Assembly: GCF_018350175.1 (NCBI RefSeq)
Contig: NC_058368.1
Span: 13,952,001-14,016,000 of the forward strand
Length of the DNA stretch: 64,000 nt
DNA from: Felis catus
Lineage: Eukaryota
Direction of reading: 5' to 3'
Numbering within the stretch: the first letter of the stretch is position 1; each line of letters begins with the position of its first letter. A program made the translations under genes and the position numbers. The notes beneath the pieces were generated by a model. It ran no database searches. It was not told where the DNA came from and saw only the letters and a program-made list of their open reading frames with translations. Below, piece after piece: positions 26,188 through 38,616 of this stretch.

Positions 26188-28261
26188 GTAGGTATAAGGA
26201 AATATTTCTATTGAGGAACACACAATTTACAATTCCCACTGTCTTAAAATTCGCTTGTTACGACTTCTGTAATATTCTCTTACTGATTTTCTAATGACTC
26301 ATGATGCTTTTTTTTTCTCTTCCCCTTGTCTGCATTTTCTTTTTACTTTTCTAACTTTTCACATAAAAAGAGGCTCTTGACCTCCTGCAGTGTGTGTCTC
26401 ACTTGCTAGCTCATTGTGATTTATTCTATGTCATTCTTAAATACTTACTGAATATTTCCTGAGTTCCAGACACTGTTGTAGGCACTAGAGATGTGACAGT
26501 GAACAAAACAGACCACATTCCTGCTTTTGTGGAGCTTATATTTTCTGGGAATTTTTATTCAGTTTTATGAGAGCTTTCCACTCTTATTCTTATCTCCAAG
26601 CTCTTGTCTTATATTCTCCTCTACCAAAAGATATTGCCATGGGAATGTCTGTTTGGCCTCTTAACTTCAGAATATGTTAACACCGAATTTGCATCTCCAG
26701 TCCTATATCCATTATGTTCTAAATCCCTTGTTTAGATTAAGAAACTGCCATCTTCCTGAGAGTGGGGACTTGAGTCACTTTTGTTTTTCATCCCCTTTTT
26801 GATCTTTACCAGTTCAATTTTCCAGTCCTTTACTTTGTATCTCTGTAATGTATCTTTCTTTAAAAAAAAAATAATCCTTACCTGCTGCTTGAATTCTTCA
26901 TACTGTTCTCTCTTTATTTTGGATCCTTTGTCTTCTCCTCTCCCAGATGATTTCACACGCTAATATCTGATTTATATTCTTGGTCATATTATTGCATTGC
27001 TCAAACCAATCATTTGCTTCTTACTAACAACTAATTTATTCAATTAACATTTTTACTCTAGTCCCTCATGATTTGGGCTTTATTTTCAGCTCTTTGCTTA
27101 TACCCTTTATTGTGTCAAAACGGAGCTAGCATGTGTGTTTCACTTTTTTCCTTTTCAATCGTTCAATCTCTGGCATGAAAACATTTACATGTCTCCTCAC
27201 TTGTGGCTGTAGGTCTTCAAATCTCACGTTATCGTTAGGTTCCATTCTACGTAACATGATTTCCATGGACTCTTTCCTTGATTTGCCTTGCTCTCAGATA
27301 TAATCTCTCTCATAGCATACTATTTCAGTATTTTTTATAACAATTATTTGTTTTAAACCTTTATTACTCATTTATAAGGGCATAATTTAGTAACTGTTGA
27401 GATCAAGCTGTGTATTTGATTCATCTGTGTATTCCCTTATTTACCTGCCACAGAGTTTTGAACTGACAATAATATATGTTGGATGAACAAATAAAATAAT
27501 GCTTTAATAACCAAAAGAGTTTCCTGAAGGAGTAGGTTATATTTATCTGGACAGCTAATTTCTGTTGAGCAGTTGATTTTCTAGTGGTGTAAAAATACAG
27601 GAGGTATTACTATTGATAAAATGAGAAAGAACGCGTAGGCCTCGTGGTCAGTGCTTCTTTGCAGGGCAGTATGCCAAAGACCTTTTCCATGTGGCTGGAA
27701 GAGGAAAGACAGTCACGGCAACAAAGATCAAGTCATTTAGGTTGTTACTTACTATGTGATATGTATTTAAAATCAAAAGCTTACCAGCTTTTCTTGTTGT
27801 TCTTTCAGCATAGTATTACACCCTGCAAAACTAAGTTAATTTTTGGAATTGTAGAGAACCAGAGCTTTATCCGTGAGCATTAAGCGAGATTTTGCACCTT
27901 TTGACAAAGGGTTTTGCACAGGTTTAATGGAAGATACAGTTACTTAGAATTCCAACCACAGACGCATTCTTGTATGTTTATACTGATCCTAAAATTTTGG
28001 TGTATAGCATATATAATTTTGCATGCTATGTCATTTTGTATAATAATCTATGTAATGTGTAAATTTGCTATATGTTATATAGGAATAATGCAGTGTCTTT
28101 TCAATTTTTAGCACTTTTATGAAAACAATATTAAACAATTTAAGTTATATTATTCAAATTATTCAAAGGCAAACTTATATGAGCTTTCTGTTACTTTAAT
28201 TATAGTTCTGAGGAATTATGTTTGAAGAACATTTGCAGAAATTTTTCTTTAATAGCAGTTC

Positions 28262-28420
28262 TGTCTTATTCTTCCTCTTCCCTTTTCCTCTCCCCCAAAT
28301 TCTCTCCGTCCTCCTTTACCTCCTCCTCCTCTTTTGCTCATCCTTTCTTCATCTTCCCCTGTCTTTCCCCTTCTTCTTCCCTTTTTTCCTCCTCCTCCTT
28401 TTCTTGTTCTTCTTCCCTCT
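28262..28420. repeat. CT-rich low-complexity polypyrimidine tract
   Basis: (CCT/CTT)-rich sequence with few purines. Confidence 0.85.
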
Positions 28421-28769
28421 AACCGTATTTGGTTTAGATACAGAACAAGTTTTTAGACTGGACATTCAGACTTCACAGTAGTTTGTATACATGTACGTGT
28501 CATGCACTATGGATTTATACATAATTAGCTCTTTTAAAAGGTCAAGTGTTAAACCTCCAGATTTGGTAATACAGAGAGACTTTTCTTGAGGGAGTTTAAG
28601 CTGATCCTAGTAGTCCTGAATCTTGTTTCCTGAGATTCAAGGTTACACTAATTTCTGCTCTTCAAAAATGCTGGCTTCAAGAAGGGAGATATTACTCTGT
28701 GGTTAATGTTTTGGCCCTTGAAATATACCTCTGAATATAGATATTCAGAGGCCAGGTTGATATGTGTTT

Positions 28770-28868
28770 GGAATTTTTTTAAAATTTTTTAATGTTTATT
28801 TATTTTTGAGAGAGAGAGCAAGAGAGAGACAGAGAGAAAGAGAGAGACAGAGAGCCACCCGGGTGCCC
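28770..28868 (-). mobile_element. Internally deleted CanSINE (tail and GA tract fused to the head)
   Basis: ...gagacagagagccacccgggtgccc; TSD tgatatgtgttt / tgatacgtgttt. Confidence 0.88.
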
Positions 28869-28896
28869 TGATACGTGTTTTTAAAAGTCTGCTGTA

Positions 28897-29057
28897 GGGG
28901 CGCCTGGGTGGCTCCGTCGGTTGAGCATCCAACTTTGGCTCAGGTCATGATCTCGTGGTTCTTGGGTTTGAGCCCTACATTGGGCTCTGTGCTCACAGTG
29001 TGTGGAGTATGCTTGGGATCCTCTCTCTCCCTGTCTCTCTGCTTCTCCCCAGCTCGT

Positions 29058-29108
<51 letters not shown>

Positions 29109-29130
29109 AAATAAATACATTAATTTAAAA
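28897..29130 (+). mobile_element. CanSINE with long (CT)n
   Basis: ggggcgcctgggtggctc...ctcaaaataaatac. Confidence 0.93.
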
Positions 29131-29706
29131 AGTTTTCTCTAATATCTAAAGATAAAAAATAAAAAATGTGCAATTATGTTATATAATTAGATTTATAAGA
29201 TATAATTCACTATCACCTGGGTTTTTTTCTAGAGGGATGTTCTTGGCTATTTATTGGACTCTATCTTTGTGTTAGAGTATCCAGTCATTTGAAAGTCCAG
29301 ACTTTAAAATAACAAGTTACAGAAGGATAGGAGTTCCTATTTCCACGTGTTTAAGGCCAGTTATCCCTTATAGGTTCAAGGGCCTTTTTTGGATACCTGG
29401 CAGTGAGATTGTCCACCTTCTTTAAGAGCACACTTTACTTTTTATCCAAAGGAATATTTATCCACAGGAGCAACCGTAACAGAGATTGATGAGCCCACAT
29501 ATGGCAGAGGGAATGTCATTTCCTCTTCTTTCTGTTTGTTTTCTTGTTTGCTTATGATCCCGTGCATGTTTTGCCACATATTGAAGAAAATATTATTTAG
29601 GATGGGGTTTTCAAATATATATTTAAAATTTTACCTGAGTCCAATAAAAATATTTGCTTTATGTTGAAGCAATAGTAAAACTGTTTCTCTTAAAGAATAT
29701 CAGCGT

Positions 29707-29919
29707 GGGGCACTTGGGTGGCTCATTCGGTCAAGTGTCTGACTCTTGATTTCAGCTCAGATCATGATTTCACAGTTTGTGAGTTCAAGCCCCACCTAGG
29801 GCTTTGCACGGACAGTGAGGAGCCTGCTTGGGATTTACTCTCTCTCTCCCTCTGCCCCCCCCCCCATGCTTTCTCTCTATCTCAAAATAAATAAACTTAA
29901 AAAAGAATTTATGTAAAAG
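29707..29919 (+). mobile_element. CanSINE
   Basis: TSD aaagaatatcagcgt / aaagaatatcagtgt. Confidence 0.93.
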
Positions 29920-29988
29920 AAAGAATATCAGTGTATCAATCATTCATTAATATATACCTGGAAAATAGCTTAAAAAGTAGGGATTCTA

Positions 29989-30200
29989 GGGGGCGCCTGG
30001 GTGGCACAGTCGGTTGAGCGTCCGACTTCAGCCAGGTCACGATCTCGTAGTCTGTGAGTTCGAGCCCCGTGTCAGGCTCTGGGCTGATGGCTCAGAGCCT
30101 GGAGCCTGTTTCCGATTCTGTGTCTCCCTCTCTCTCTGCCCCTCCCCCGTTCATGCTCTGTCTCTCTCTGTCCCCAAAAAATAAATAAACGTTGAAAAAA
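29989..30200 (+). mobile_element. Young SINEC_Fc-type CanSINE
   Basis: TSD aaaagtagggattcta / aaaagcagggattcta. Confidence 0.95.
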
Positions 30201-30289
30201 AAAAGCAGGGATTCTAAATAAATTCATACATTAGAATGGAGGTTCTTGATTTCTTGATCCAAATCCCAGTTATTTTCATACAAATTTAA

Positions 30290-30492
30290 TTGTCTCTCCT
30301 CCAGAAATTCTGATTTATTAGATTTGGGATGCCACCCAGGGGAGTTTGCCAAATGTGCCAAACTGTTTTGAATTTCAGTGGGAACTTGTTATAAATACAG
30401 ATTCTTGGAATTACAATTTCCATGTTAGGAATATATTTTTAACAAATGCTCTAGGTGATGTTTTTCATCTGACAAGTTTAGATAACAGTGAT
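30290..30492. mobile_element. MER5-like hAT DNA transposon remnants
   Basis: cagaaattctgattta; cttgttataaatacagattcttgg; atttttaacaaatgctctaggtgat. Confidence 0.5.
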
Positions 30493-30579
30493 TTGAAGAG
30501 TATAAATAAGGAAAATTAGGGTGAAGCTAAGAACTAAATAAAATTGTCATTAACCAATAAAAAGCAATTTAACCCATTT

Positions 30580-30581
<2 letters not shown>

Positions 30582-30630
<49 letters not shown>
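30582..30630. repeat. (CT)n microsatellite
   Basis: Directly visible. Confidence 0.95.
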
Positions 30631-30631
<1 letters not shown>

Positions 30632-32270
30632 CACACTATTTCCTTATGAGAAATACATTCCCATTTGTAATAGCTCTATATATGTTGATTCTAAGGAGTC
30701 TTGGTAGGAACAGGGCCAGGGAGTGATAGATGTTTTAAAAAAACCATAGATGCTCATAAACCTTGAAAACCATAAATACTTTGTTTTACTGTTTCATTAT
30801 TCAAGATAAATGCATTCTCTCTCTTTTTTTTCTTTCTTATTTTTCCAGGAGATGACCTAGCTAAATTGTAATCCTTTGATAAGGTGTTTAACTGGCCTTT
30901 CTAAAAGAAATCTTTATATTAAAACTTTTGCTTTCTTAACTGTACCACTCACCAAATGTTTGACCTTGTGAAAATTCCGTAACGTTTTAGCCCACAGTAA
31001 ATTATTAGCATATTACCCAAGATGTAGTAAGTGCTCAATATGTGTTAGCTACTATTGATATTTGTATAAATATCATGTTATATTTTTCTGTGAATTCTTA
31101 TTACAGTTTTTTTTTCGTTTGTTTGGTATTTTTTTCTAGATCTAGTTTTGAGTCTTAACTACTTGCAGACCTCAGTGGATGTACAAAATATCAGTATGCA
31201 TTCACAGTTTGCAATTTTCCTCCTATTTCTTTTAAAATATAAATCAGAAATAAAAAAATATCAAGTCAAACATTGGTCTCTTTTGAATGGAAAAGACACT
31301 TGTCTGTTATATGTACATATTGATGTACCATGGAAAGAGAACATTAAAGTTAATTTTCCTATAACTGCTCTGACCTTCACTGAGATTAGTTCGTTCATTC
31401 AACTGTGCATTCATTTATTCATCCATCAGCTTTGTCAAATATCAGTGTTATGACCAAAAGCAAACTCTTTGATTGTAACTCCACATCTTATTATCTGGCT
31501 AATTAACTGGCTAACTGTATTAATTATCTTAAGTTAATGGTACCACTACCAATTTAAGTGAAAAATTAGAAGCCATCTTTAGACTTCTCTTTTCTGTATC
31601 AGCACTTTCAATGAGTTTTGTTAATTAGTCCCTATCTCCCTTCTTTTAAATTACTAATGTCTTTGTCTTAATTTAGACCTTTATAGTTTTCTTACCTCAA
31701 CCTTTGCAGTAGTTTTCAGGTTTATCTTTAACCACATTTGCCTAACTGTCCCACTTACTCAGTACTGCCAGTTATTTTCCTAAACTATGAAGATGATCAT
31801 TCCATTTTCCTGCTCAGAATTCCTTAGTGATAAGACATTATCAAAAAACAAAGATTACCAAAGGCGTCCTAAAGTCTCTTATAAACTGATCTTTGTTATT
31901 GTGTCTAAATCTAAACACCGAAAAAAGTTTTGTCAGGCCTCTGTGCTGTATGTAAAGTATTAAGATTCCTCTTTTCCCCCTGTTTACTCAGCAATTTGTA
32001 TTCATCCTTCAAGCTTAGTCTTAAGTTTCATTTTACTCCTTTAGTGACTTCTTCTCAGTTAGCCTTCCTTCTCCTTTTGTCTTTTCTTTTCCTTCTGCGC
32101 TCAGTTAGTCATTACTTCTTTTGCTCCCATATCTGTGTTTTAGACAGTTTCCATGGTTTTATAATTGCTTTATGTTTGCTTTCCTGGTGAACTCTCCTTA
32201 AGGGTGTATATGTTATCATTGCCCACAGTCTGGAGGATACTGGGCATGAAATAGACTATCAGTAAATTTT

Positions 32271-32488
32271 TAAAAAATATTTATTTATTTTTGAGAGAGA
32301 GAGAGAGAGCGAAAGAGCGAGTCTGAGTGGGGGGAGGAACAGAAAGAGAGGGAGACACAGACTCCAAAGCAGGCTCCAGGCTCCTAGCTGTCAGCACAGA
32401 GCCCGATGTGGGGCTCGAACTCACGAACCATGAGATCATGATCTGAGCTGAAGTCGGACGCTTAACCGTCTGAGCCACCAGATACCCC
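32271..32488 (-). mobile_element. CanSINE
   Basis: Perfect TSD gactatcagtaaatttt. Confidence 0.94.
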
Positions 32489-33023
32489 GACTATCAGTAA
32501 ATTTTTTGAATGAATGAGTGACTCTGAGGAGTAAATGTCAATTTTAGCGGAAAAAAATCTCATCAGAAGGAAATTGTGGATAAAAAATAGGTATTAGTTA
32601 ATGCTGTCTTCTTTATGGCTGCCAAATATGTATTAGGAACTGTTCTTCATAATTCTCATATATTGTCTCTTATCTATAATGTTCACTCCACAAAAAGGCA
32701 TTATTATTCCCCCGTTTTTAGAGATGGAAATAGCTAAATGATTTGCCAGAAGTCATAGAGCTTGTAACTTGGGAACTCAGTTTTTATATCTATATGAATG
32801 TAAAATTCATACTGCACAGCCAAGCACCCTAAGTTATTTGGTACATAGGAGAAAGAACTCAATAAATATTTGTTAAATAAGTTCTTTCCTATATCAAGTA
32901 TGTAAGTAACTATAATAATATATCTAATATTATTTATCTTAAACTTGTCTTTGGAGAGCAGGAAATCCTTTTCTATTTATAGACATTTGTTTATATGCAT
33001 TCCATTTGAGAAAGTTAAAATTT

Positions 33024-33456
33024 CTTTTTTTTTAAATTTCAAGTTTTTATTTAAATTCAAGTTAGCCAACATGTAGTGTCAATTGGTTTCAGGAATAAAA
33101 TTAAGTGATTTATCATTTATATAACACCCAGAGCTTATCACAAGTACCCTTCTTAATGCCTATCACCCATTTAGCCCATCCTCTACCCACCTCCCCTCCA
33201 GCAACCCTTAGTTTGTTCTCTATAGTTAAGAGTCTCTTATGGTTTGCCTCCCTCTCTGTTTTTATCTTATTTTATTTTTATTTCTCTTCCCCTATGTTCA
33301 TATGTTTTGTTTCTTAAATTCCAGACGTGGGTAAAATCATATGGTATTTGTCTTTCTCTGACTGACTCATTTTACTTAGCATAGTATATTCTGGTTCCAT
33401 GCACATTGTGCAGATGGCAAGATTTCATTCTTTTTGATGGCTGAGTAGTATTCCAT

Positions 33457-33528
<72 letters not shown>

Positions 33529-33587
33529 CACACACATATATGGCACACATTTGGGCTCTTTCCATAATTTGACTATTGTTGATAGTT
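33024..33587 (-). mobile_element. 5'-truncated carnivore L1 3' end containing a (TA)n(CA)n microsatellite
   Basis: Resembles the 3'UTR of the 59.3-kb L1 (aacacccag, aaccctYagtttgttctct, aagagtctcttatggttt); probable TSD agaaagttaaaattt (33009-33023) / agaaatttaaaattt (33588-33602). Confidence 0.85.
33458..33541. repeat. Compound (TA)n(CA)n microsatellite
   Basis: Directly visible. Confidence 0.95.
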
Positions 33588-34621
33588 AGAAATTTAAAAT
33601 TTTAATAATTTTACTCCAAAATAATAAAGGTTATATTTCCTGTGTTACCTAGATGGCATTCTGGTGGAAAATTTTCAAACTCAATGAGGGTAATACAAGT
33701 AAATTTGAATTTTTATGCATGTAAACTTCTATAAGATTTTTCTTAAATTTATATGAAGCTCAATTTTTATGGCTTCTTCTTGATAATTTTATAACATTTA
33801 GAAATATGAATGGTTAAATGACTGACTTTAAAGATTTTCTTCTGCTTTTAATCAAGACTAACATAAATGTTGCTTTCTGATCCAGTAGAAGATTCCTTTT
33901 GCAATAGTTAAAGATTACCTAGACTGAAACAACTTTAAAAAAGACATGTGTTTAGGGATTAGTTTGACCTAACATTTTATTTTTATAATTGAGGAACAGT
34001 GTTCTTTGTGTTATTGTCTTCCATGAGTTGTTTAGTGCACTATTTTTATTTTCTAACTTGAAATGAATGAAATTGAATTTTGTTCAAAGTACTTCAGACA
34101 CCTTGAAATAGCTGATATTTTCGTGGCTGAGAATTATTATAGCTTTATGTTTTTCAAAATATAGTATTATGAAATAATTGAGTAGTGCTTTTAAGTAATC
34201 TGGGAAACAAAGTTTGTATTATATATTTTTATGTTTTTGTGGGGGAAACGAAGTCTAATTTTTTTCTTCTTAAACACTGAAGGCATACTTGTTCAAGTGT
34301 CTATAAATCGTTTGCATTTTCTTATATCTTAGAATTATATTTCTGTATTCTTGGCCTTAAATTGTTAAGTTTCAAAGAGAGTAAGGGTTGGATCCACAAA
34401 TCATTGTAGAACTTAAATCATTCCATATCAAAATATATACTTGAAATGCTTTTGGTTGGCCCTAGGAATTATAAACTTAGAACTTAATACAAAGTTATTC
34501 CTCGATTCTTAATGAATATTCACACATTATTAAGTTAAAAGATACAGAATTTTTCTTGGACCTAATAAATCTGAGTTGTGGAATTGAAACCACCTAATCT
34601 TATTATAAATGTTAAAATGTT

Positions 34622-34783
34622 GGGGGTGCCCGGGTGGCTCAGTTGGTTAAGCGTCCGACTCTTGACTTTTGGCTCAGGTCATGGTCTCACAGTTCATGAA
34701 TTCAAGCCCTGCATCGCTCTGTGCTGCTAGCACAGAGCCCACTTGGAATTCTTTCTCTCTCTGCCCCTTTCCTGCTCCTGCGT

Positions 34784-34824
<41 letters not shown>

Positions 34825-34882
34825 ATAAACAAACAAACAAACAAATAAATAAATAAAACTTTTAAAAAAATTTTAAAAAAGT
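34622..34882 (+). mobile_element. CanSINE
   Basis: gggggtgcccgggtggctcag...; degenerate TSD aaatgttaaaatgtt / aaatgttgaagtgtt. Confidence 0.93.
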
Positions 34883-35424
34883 AAATGTTGAAGTGTTGTT
34901 CCTTTGACTTATCTTTCCTGACCATGCAATCCAAAATAGAATCAAGGTTAATCTTTCTCAGTTTATGCTGTTTTTTTTTTCCTTCACAGTAATCATTATT
35001 TGTCATTTTATATTTATTTACTTGTCTAATCTGTGTCTCTTTCACTACACCATGAATTTCAGGAGAGCTGGACCTATGGTCTTTCTGGTCAGACTTGAAA
35101 CAATACAAATACAAATGGTACAATACAAATGTTATTAAATGAATAAACCAAATATAATTGTATTTCCATAATATTTGCATCTTGGTATAGTAGAAGGAGT
35201 GTAATTCCACAGTTCAAGGTATTCTAGGTCTGTTTCCATCACAGATTTATTCTTTATGAGTCACTTCTTTCATCTGCAAAGTGAGAAGTATGAGGGGGAA
35301 CTTGGTAATGCGTAATTGTTAGTATTCTTTCAAGCATTCTTAAAGTGTGTTGTGAATGTTATGATTGCTTTTTAGGTAATAACTAAACATTACATATCAA
35401 GATCTTTTTTTTTTTTTATTTAAG

Positions 35425-35544
35425 TGGTACATGATCAGCATTGTCCACATTTATAATCGATGGAGGAACAGTGAAATTCGGTGTTATGTTAATGGACAGC
35501 TGGTATCCTATGGTGATATGGCTTGGCATGTTAACACAAATGAT
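35425..35544 (+). CDS. NBEA: Neurobeachin coding exon (exon 7), 120 nt, [40 protein letters not shown]
   Basis: Long poly-T acceptor ...atttaag|TGG, donor GAT|gtaagt; symmetric phase 0. Confidence 0.96.
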
Positions 35545-36336
35545 GTAAGTTTTTTGTTTTTTGTTTTTTTAATCTGTGCTTTAATGTATTTGAGTGTGTG
35601 ATCTATCACTATTCATGACATTCATGAATTTTATAATAGTTTGGTAGAAACTTAATAGTTGTACTTCTGAAAGTTTTATTCAGTTAAATGAATTTTTAGT
35701 TCTTAAATTTAGTATAATTAAGTTGCTAAACTAGATGAATAGTGATGAAAAAAGGGAAATTGCTCAAATAAATTATTAAGTATTAGGTCAAAACATCCAT
35801 GCAATATTCTATTCTTTCTAGAATTTCAAGCATTAAAAACAAAAAGGTCTTACACCTTATTTGGATGTGAAAGGAAGACCTTACACACAGTGAATCAGTA
35901 TAATGTGTAGTCACTATTATTTACTACAGAAATAGTGATAAATGCTGTGGAGAAATATTAAGTGGGAATAGGTATAGAGAGTATAGGTGTAGGGAAGGGG
36001 GAAGCCAGATGATACAGAGATGATCTTAGTGAGAAGAGTTTAGGGAGCAAGTCATGTGGATATTTCGGAGAAATACCCCATTCACTGAAAGCAGTGAGTG
36101 CAGAGCCTTTGAGGCAGAACGGAAAGTTAATTGAACAAATAAGCAGCCAGTTTGCCTAGAACAGAGAGAGGAATGGCCAGAACAATGTTAAGAGGTAAGG
36201 TTTAGACAGACCATAGAGGGTGAAATCATGCAGGCGTCATACACAAACATAATACCTGGGCTTTCTCATCTTAGCCAGCATAAAAATCTTAGGAAGGGTT
36301 TCAGCAGACAAGTGGCATGATGCAGGCTCATATTTT

Positions 36337-36554
36337 TTTTTAAATTTTTTTAACGTTTATTTATTTTTGAGACAGAGAGAGACAGAGCATGAATGGGGGA
36401 GGGTCAGAGAGAGGGAGACACAGAATCTGAAACAGGCTCCAGGCTCTGAGCTGTCAGCTCTGAGCCCCCGACGCAGGGCTCAAACTCAGGGACCGCGAGA
36501 TCATGACCTGAGCCGAAGTCAGATGCTTAACTGACCGAGCCACCCAGGCGCCCC
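36337..36554 (-). mobile_element. CanSINE inserted in an L2-like remnant
   Basis: Perfect TSD caggctcatatttt. Confidence 0.94.
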
Positions 36555-37439
36555 CAGGCTCATATTTTAAAAATGTCCATCAGTCTGCAGTATTGAGAAT
36601 ATTCTAAAGGGAAAAAATGGCAGAAGCAAGGAGATCAATTGAATGACTTACTGTGATAATAACAAGCAGGTAATACGAGTTTTAGCTAGCATGTTAGCAG
36701 TGAAGGAGGTAATACAGTTGTATTCTGGAGGGAGCATATCTTGAGTTAAATCCTTAAAAGCTCTGTTCTGGGCTTTCCTTTGTCATTATCCCGGCCTGTT
36801 AGAACCAAAGTAAAAGATGTTTTCAAATGCCTGATGTTTTACCTTCAAACCCAATAATACACAATCATTCCAGCATACCTGGTTTTATAAAAACTTGGCC
36901 TTTCTCTAACAAAATTCACTTCTCAGTGTTGTCTACATCTCTGCAGACTTTAATTTCCTTAAGGGCAGGGGTCTCTTTTTGTTCTCACTTGTATTATTTT
37001 AAATAGTACTGTGTCTGTAGTCCATATTTTCCCAGGGTCAAGGGTTGGAAGAGTACTCCTTACAGACATCTGAACCTTGAACTGTTTTCACATGACCTAA
37101 GAGCTGAGAATCTTGTTTTTTATTTTTTATTTTTAAAGGTTTTTCTTTTTTTAAGATACAAACAAAAAATCAAGAAAGATTATGTGACAGAAATCACATG
37201 TGGCTGGCAAAGTTTAAAATCTTTACTATCTGTTCATTTATAGGACAAGTTTGCTTTTTTGCCCTAGAAACTCAAGGTGGGCCATAGTCAGTAAATTTTT
37301 GAGAATGACTTTGTCAGAATTAGAATGCACAGATGAAATTCTACTTTATCTCTGCCCTTCAGAGGGGAGACTTTTTATTATAGAGTGAAGGTAACCCCAA
37401 TGACCTTGTTGGCTGTCACTACATCTAGTTATATTTAGA

Positions 37440-37517
37440 ATGAAAGAAATGAAAAGAAAAGAAAAAAGAAAAAAAGACAGAGGGAAGGAAGGAAGGAAGA
37501 AGAGAAGGAAGGAAGGA
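37440..37517. repeat. GA-rich / (GGAA)n low-complexity tract
   Basis: Directly visible. Confidence 0.85.
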
Positions 37518-38469
37518 TTTTGATTTTTGAATTATTTGCAATAGTACACCAAGAAATGGAGAGGCCTGGGCCGTAGCACTTACATACACATACATTGTGC
37601 AGTAAACTCTTAAGTTCCTATGGTTTTAATTACAGATTGGGTATTTGATGAAGAGTTTCTGTCTTTATAATTCATTCAGAAATATTTTGTTATTCTATTG
37701 AGGCACCAAAGGGATTCCATACATACGCAATGCTGTGCTTATCAGCACTAAGATGTGGAATAACTTTGAGAATGGGCAAAAGAAACTGGGGCCTAGCATT
37801 AGGTGACATTTAGAGAAATAGAGATGGGAAGGGTCTTAAATATGACTTCTTAGGTCTTGAACTCTGCAGATGGAGAGCACTGTACCATCTGCTTTAGCCA
37901 GCAGACTTTGGTGATAATTATTTATTTGGTTCTGCATAATGCCTACTTATGGAAGAGAGGGAAGGGATTTTCATTGTGTCCTTGCTTTGTGTGGAGAAAT
38001 AGAGGAATATATATCCCTGGTGGAGAAATTAGGTAGTTTCTAAAATTAAGCCTTACGTGTTTATGGTTAAAATTTGGAGTAGTCATTCTCTGATTCAGGT
38101 GAATCTCTCTCTATAAATGGACTGTTGTTACAGCATGTGAGTTTTAAAATTAGTTTTACTTTTCAAAGTAGAATTTTAAGCCCTTTTACATTTAAGTATA
38201 ACATTTGCAAAGTGGTTCAGTGATTATTGAGTAGATGGTTACTGTTTGTTTTACTTTTCCATAGATACGAAATACTTAACTGATTTACTTTTTTGGAAAA
38301 TCTTTAGCTGGCTTTTATTATGTAAATATTCCCGAAGTCTTAAGTGATGCTTTTTTCTGGTATTATTGTTATACTTGAAGGTATACATGAAAGCGAAGGC
38401 AGGCATCCTTAAATATTTTATCATTACAAAATAATACATTGATTTTTTTTTATGACTTTTTAAAAATAG

Positions 38470-38616
38470 AGCTATGACAAGTGCTTTCTCGGATCTTCAG
38501 AAACGGCTGATGCAAATAGGGTGTTTTGTGGTCAACTTGGTGCCGTGTATGTATTCAGTGAAGCACTCAACCCTGCGCAGATATTTGCAATTCATCAGTT
38601 AGGACCTGGATATAAG
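38470..38616 (+). CDS. NBEA: Neurobeachin coding exon (exon 8), 147 nt, SYDKCFLGSSETADANRVFCGQLGAVYVFSEALNPAQIFAIHQLGPGYK
   Basis: Acceptor aaaatag|AGC, donor AAG|gtagta; symmetric phase 0. Confidence 0.96.

Noticed and set aside
34674..35210. 178-aa ORF, longest in the track
   Set aside because: Runs through a SINE, its microsatellite tail and low-complexity DNA; no coding signature
14036..38616. Gene could be the paralog LRBA, or an NBEA pseudogene fragment
   Set aside because: Peptides match recalled NBEA ([28 protein letters not shown]), and all seven exons are open with canonical splice sites and consistent phases
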